Origin: Adineta vaga
Taxonomy: Eukaryota; Animalia; Rotifera
Direction of reading: 5' to 3'
Length of the DNA stretch: 64,000 nt
NCBI GenBank assembly: GCA_021613535.1
Contig: CP075496.1
Location: 3,844,001 to 3,908,000, forward strand
Positions 59,312 through 64,000 of the stretch are shown here, one piece after another (the first letter of the stretch is position 1; every line of letters begins with the position of its first letter). A model generated the notes under the pieces. The model searched no databases and was not told the DNA's origin. It saw only the letters and a program-made list of their open reading frames with translations. Position numbers and translations under genes: made by a program.

Positions 59312-59575
59312 ATGAGTGGAAGTCATAATGGCGGTGATCCTTATACCTATAAAAGTGAGTGTATGAGAACGACATAGAGAAAGATGTTCTAATTTAATAT
59401 TACATTTCTAGAAGTTCAAGAGACTGACAACACTAATCGTGATTGTCAAAAACAATCGCATGGAAATATCTCATTATCTAGTGAAGCAAATTCAACTAGT
59501 ACTGATTCTTCTACGAACAATGCACTAGAAACTAATTCATCAACATCATCAAACAGTTCTGGTGAATCATCTTGA
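59312..59575 (+). CDS. Two-exon Ser/Thr/Asn-rich microprotein (68 aa), absent from the ORF track
   Basis: ATG 59312; intron GTGAGT…TTTCTAG 59355-59411 (57 nt) is in frame; MSGSHNGGDPYTYKKVQETDNTNRDCQKQSHGNISLSSEANSTSTDSSTNNALETNSSTSSNSSGESS*. Confidence 0.55.
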
Positions 59576-60867
59576 CATTTTCATGTAGAACAGTTTGATC
59601 TAATTACAAAGAATGGCGATTTATGGAAGTCTATTTTTTGTGGTTTTAATTATCATATACCATTATATTACTTTTGTTGTGTGCTAATGTTTTCCTACCT
59701 TTGAATGCAAGATTCAAGGTACAATTCACTTGAATATGATATTTATAACTGGATCTTTTTAACAGTGTTCTTCAGTATAATCTTGATTATGGCCCATTTT
59801 TCGAATATAAAGTCAGAGTCAATCTCTTATGTATTCTTTCAATAGTTGTAAATTAATGATTTTACTGATGGTTAGTAAGATTCATATCGAATGCCTTCCA
59901 CATCTACAAGATCATTTCTAAAACTCTTTTGAAATACTAACTGTGCTAGTACTAACTCTTCAGAAGTTTCTTGCGACGTGTATTACTTTAATGAGAAGAA
60001 TTTGTGGTTGATATTGTATTTCACTTTTTATCTACTATCGAATATCATCGAATATAATAGTTACATACTACACCCAAGTCTCTATCTTCGCCCCAATTAT
60101 TCATTTATGATATTTAAAGTCATTCTATGATCGTAGGTGTTAAAAATGAATAAATAATCCATTATAAACATAGGATGATACATTGATATCGTACATGCAA
60201 ATGTAAACAAACATTTAGATGATTGAATATGATGAAAGGCGACCAAATTGGTATGTTTTATTTTGCGAGCTTTCGCTATTGCACGTGATCATGCACGTCA
60301 AAAGAACGTATTGAATAATATTTCAAACATTTATTTGATCTATAACAGAAGTCGATCGTCTTTTATCTGTCTTGACATCGGATGTCGATACGTGCCGAAT
60401 AAAACACTTCGGTAAAACTACCATTGTTACTATATCAAATTAGTGATTAGCATGAATTAAAGTATGAAAAATCTTTGAGTTGTACAATATATATGCTGAC
60501 TGTATATCGATCAACTAGTATATCAAAAGCAGAATGATTTTTAATGTAGAGAACCAACGGTATTTAAAAATATATTTCTCATTCAAGTTAGCATCATTGA
60601 TAAAATATGATTCAAAATTTTCATAGATTGAGAAAGCAATATTTGTAGTATTATCATACAATTCTTGTGTTTGATTAAAGAAAGAAGTTACCAAGTCCTT
60701 GACTGAGACTTTATGTATAAGAAAAAAAACGAACAGACAAATAATAGACGCGACGAAAGGAAAAAAACAAAAATCATCTTCTTTTGCTTTTATACACGAA
60801 AAAAAAACAAATTGTTGCATACACACACAGACATAGATATATTCACGTATAGGCTTTTTCTTTCTTC

Positions 60868-63178
60868 TTAGAATTCATCGTTTATTCCAAATGTTTCATG
60901 TGGTCCGTTGCCATTATTATTATTATTTGTTTCATTCTCACCTCGATGATTGCCTGTTCGACGACTGCGATCACGTTCGCGATCACGATCACGTGAACGA
61001 CGTTTTGAAGAATCTTGACGATCTCGAGATGAACGACGGTCACTACGACGTTCATTTGAACGTGAACGAGTTCGACCTAAAGATAAAGAACATAAGATAA
61101 TAGATTTCAATTCGAATTGGAACATTATCAAATACATACGACGTTTATGTTCTCGACTTCGACTTCGTCGGCGATCTACAATACATAAAATACTTTTGCT
61201 TAAAAAATTTCAATACAATAACTTTACCTCGAGATCTTGATCGTCGTTTTCGATCGCGTGAAGTAGATCGTCGTCGTTCATCGCCTACGGGACGTTTACC
61301 TCCAGGTAGACCACCTCGGCGTGTTGAGCCTAGACCACCACCTAAACAAAAAATTATGATTTTGAAATACACATTGATATATTCAAAATACAAACCTAAT
61401 CGTCTTGGTCGCCATCCTTTGACTGTTCGACCTCGTTCAACATCCACAACAACACGTCGACCATCAATTTTGCGTCCATCTGCTCGTTTGTATGCCGCTG
61501 AAAGTGAAGTGCTTACCGTCAACATAATAAAATCTCATCGACCATTTGACCATGTTTTTTATATTCTTACCGCATTAGACTTACCCTCATTGCTAAGCTT
61601 ATGAATAGACTGCTTTTTTTCTTTTTGGTTTTTCAAAAGACAGAGATCGCAGGAGATGAGAGATAGAGAGTTTCATCAAACTTACAAATATTTGTTTCGT
61701 TTTATCGTAAATAAAGAATGGGATGGGATGATAGTAAAGAATACAAAAATGTGAAAAGAAAAAGTTTTATCGGAATATGATCCTCACCTGTATGTCATTT
61801 GATTATTTTACCTTTTATTTTACTTTTGAAGGATACATTATCGGTGAATATACTCTACAAACGTTTTTCAAGCTTACCTATGACTTTTGTCTTTCCTTAC
61901 CCGATTTATGTTTATACAAACCTCGAATCATTTTTTTACTTTACGTGGGAAAAAGCGCTTGGCGCTGAATAGTTTTACCATGAGAAAAGAAGTCCAATAC
62001 ACCTGTCTGATTCTTCCATAGTTTATATATGTAGATTTATACGTACATAAATGGTTTTTCAGCAAAACAACTGAGTGTAACTTACACGCATCGGTGCAAT
62101 TGCGTGTCTAGAAGACAAACAGGCAACGGACAATAGCCTCGAAACAAATGCGACGATTTAAACCGAAATCTATCAACTACTGCATATCGAATGAAAATGA
62201 AGTAATGAACAAACCTGTATATGAATTCGAATGCAAAAAAACAAACAGACGGACTCAGTCAGGCTTACTCAGGTGAACATTTTCAAAAGAAAACTCTCTT
62301 TCATTTTCATTGAATCTCTCAATCGAAAAAGCAAACAAGGGAAATAAACTATCATCTCATCGTTTTCTTACTCGAAATAAAAAGGCAAAACGATAGTTAT
62401 CTTAAAACACCTACCGTGCATATCAGCTTCTTTTTCATATTCAATAAATGCATAACCACGTGGTTTACCCGTTTGAACATCATGCACTAAATTTATCTAA
62501 AATAATTCATTCAATAAAGAGATTTTTCAATGTCAATCTTCACATTAACCTACACTTTTTATTTTTCCATAAATTTCAAATTCACGTTTCAATTTCATTT
62601 CTGATGTATCATAATTCTAAAAGAAATACAATAATTTAATAGTTTTTTTATGCATATTATCTTACTAATCGAGCAATAAACAATGTTTTGTATGGATCTG
62701 CTGTTGCTTTTTCGTTACTATTTGGATCCCCTAGATAAAAAGATCGATTAATAATTTTTCTGAAAATAAATTTAAACAAAAAATGAAATATTACATAGAG
62801 TTACTTCTTGTTCGAGTTTAAGAGCTGCTTTTTCCATTTTTTCTCTAGCCTAGAATATAATTAGACAATAATGAATTGTAATTATTGAAAAAATATCGTT
62901 AACTTACTTTTCGAGCAATTTTCTCTTCTTTTGTTTCAATTTTCGTTGGTGGTGGAGTTTCATGTGCTTCCTAGAAAAAAACAAGGCAATCCAATAGATA
63001 AATTCTTTAACAAACTTTTCGTTTTCGTTCTTACTTCGAATAAATTCGAAAAATCTGATAAACCTCCGTAAGGTAAACGTTTTTTTTCATGTGGTAATTT
63101 GTCAATTGGCGGTAAAAATGGAATTGATTCACGAGGTGCAAATAATGCCAGGAGATTTGGTGGCAAAAATTGTGTCAT
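60868..63178 (-). CDS. SNRNP70: U1 snRNP 70 kDa protein, multi-exon
   Basis: [37 protein letters not shown]…[46 protein letters not shown]-rich tail. Confidence 0.97.
61498..62414 (-). promoter_or_regulatory. 917-nt SNRNP70 intron carrying an array of 5' splice-site-like motifs (candidate autoregulatory element)
   Basis: Nine GTAAG and one CAG|GTGAG on the sense strand; no GTAAG on the opposite strand. Confidence 0.75.
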
Positions 63179-63339
63179 TATTCAATGATTAAGATAAAAT
63201 ACAAATCTAGAAAAGATCAACAAAATCAATATTGTGATTTTCCTTTCAATAAATTTTTGTTGTTGTTAATAAGTCTTTTTATTTCTTGTTCTCATTATAG
63301 TAATAATAAAAAGAAAAACAAACAAATAATAAATATTGT

Positions 63340-63807
63340 TTACGCTTTCTTTTTCGAGACACCAACAGTACGACCACGTCGACCGGTTGTTTTCGTATGT
63401 TGACCACGTACACGTAAGTTCCAGTAGTGACGAAGACCACGATGAACACGAATCTTTTTCATACGTTCTAAATCTTCACGAACTTTGGTATCAACATTGT
63501 TCGATGTTACTTGAGAGTATTTGCCATCTTTAATATCTTTTTGTCTGTTGAGAAACCAATCTGGAATTTTATATTGACGTGGATTGGCAATAATAGTTAT
63601 AACACGTTCAACTTCTTCTTCGGTCAATTCACCGGCACGTTTTGTTGCGTCAACATCAGCCTTACGAATAACAACATGAGCAAAACGACGACCAACACCT
63701 TTGATGGCTGTTAAAGCATAACCAACTTTTCGACGACCATCAATGTTTGTGTTCAAAACACGAAGAATATGTTGAAATTTCTCGGGTTGAATCAATGGTG
63801 ATGACAT
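63340..63807 (-). CDS. RPS18: 40S ribosomal protein S18 (uS13)
   Basis: [17 protein letters not shown]…IKGVGRR…[12 protein letters not shown]…HRGLRHYW[25 protein letters not shown]. Confidence 0.99.
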   Translation of the reverse strand: MSSPLIQPEKFQHILRVLNTNIDGRRKVGYALTAIKGVGRRFAHVVIRKADVDATKRAGELTEEEVERVITIIANPRQYKIPDWFLNRQKDIKDGKYSQVTSNNVDTKVREDLERMKKIRVHRGLRHYWNLRVRGQHTKTTGRRGRTVGVSKKKA

Positions 63808-64000
63808 TTTTTATTAGAGATGAGTCTTTCTCTTTTTAAATATCTAAAAAGGAGATGATATATGAATGGTATCATAGTTATGATTATGTAGCAAGATCAA
63901 GATTGTAATTGTAATGAACAAGAGAAAAAGAATCAATGAAAATGAAGATGAAAAAATAAACAAGTAAACAAAGATATGAAATAGTTTTTGTCCACTGTCA

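Overview
AT-rich eukaryotic genomic DNA, gene-dense, with many ~50-70 nt GT-AG introns and several intron-containing genes of non-metazoan type among core animal genes. This is the signature of a bdelloid rotifer (Rotaria/Adineta-like; inference, not verified). About 20 protein-coding genes were reconstructed by hand. Animal-type genes: class A GPCR, furin/PCSK5-like convertase, SCLT1, MARK/PAR-1, WDR36/UTP21, HSD17B8-like SDR, PIM-like kinase, FMR1/FXR, SNRNP70 (U1-70K), RPS18 and a secreted 5x D8C (uromodulin/GP2-like) tandem protein. Candidate foreign genes: a bacterial-type GIN/DUF2807 protein, a bacterial-type NCS2/AzgA-like permease, an FkbM-family methyltransferase and a fungal/plant-type P3A plasma-membrane H+-ATPase with 12 introns. 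Main observations: (1) a strand-specific array of decoy 5' splice sites plus a candidate poison exon in the one long intron of U1-70K; (2) operon-like junctions (RPS18>SNRNP70, WDR36>HSD17B8) with a polyA signal followed by an unpaired acceptor, suggesting SL trans-spliced polycistrons; (3) an intact, apparently domesticated P3A proton pump with a kinase-site/PDZ-type tail, alongside a probable H+-symporter; (4) a hidden alternative terminal exon in the convertase; (5) a 3.6-kb block bounded by diverged inverted repeats, with nested MITE/hairpin elements and a frameshifted gene; (6) a CAAGGT motif cluster in the PIM intron. All gene models and homologies come from manual reading; no database searches were run.
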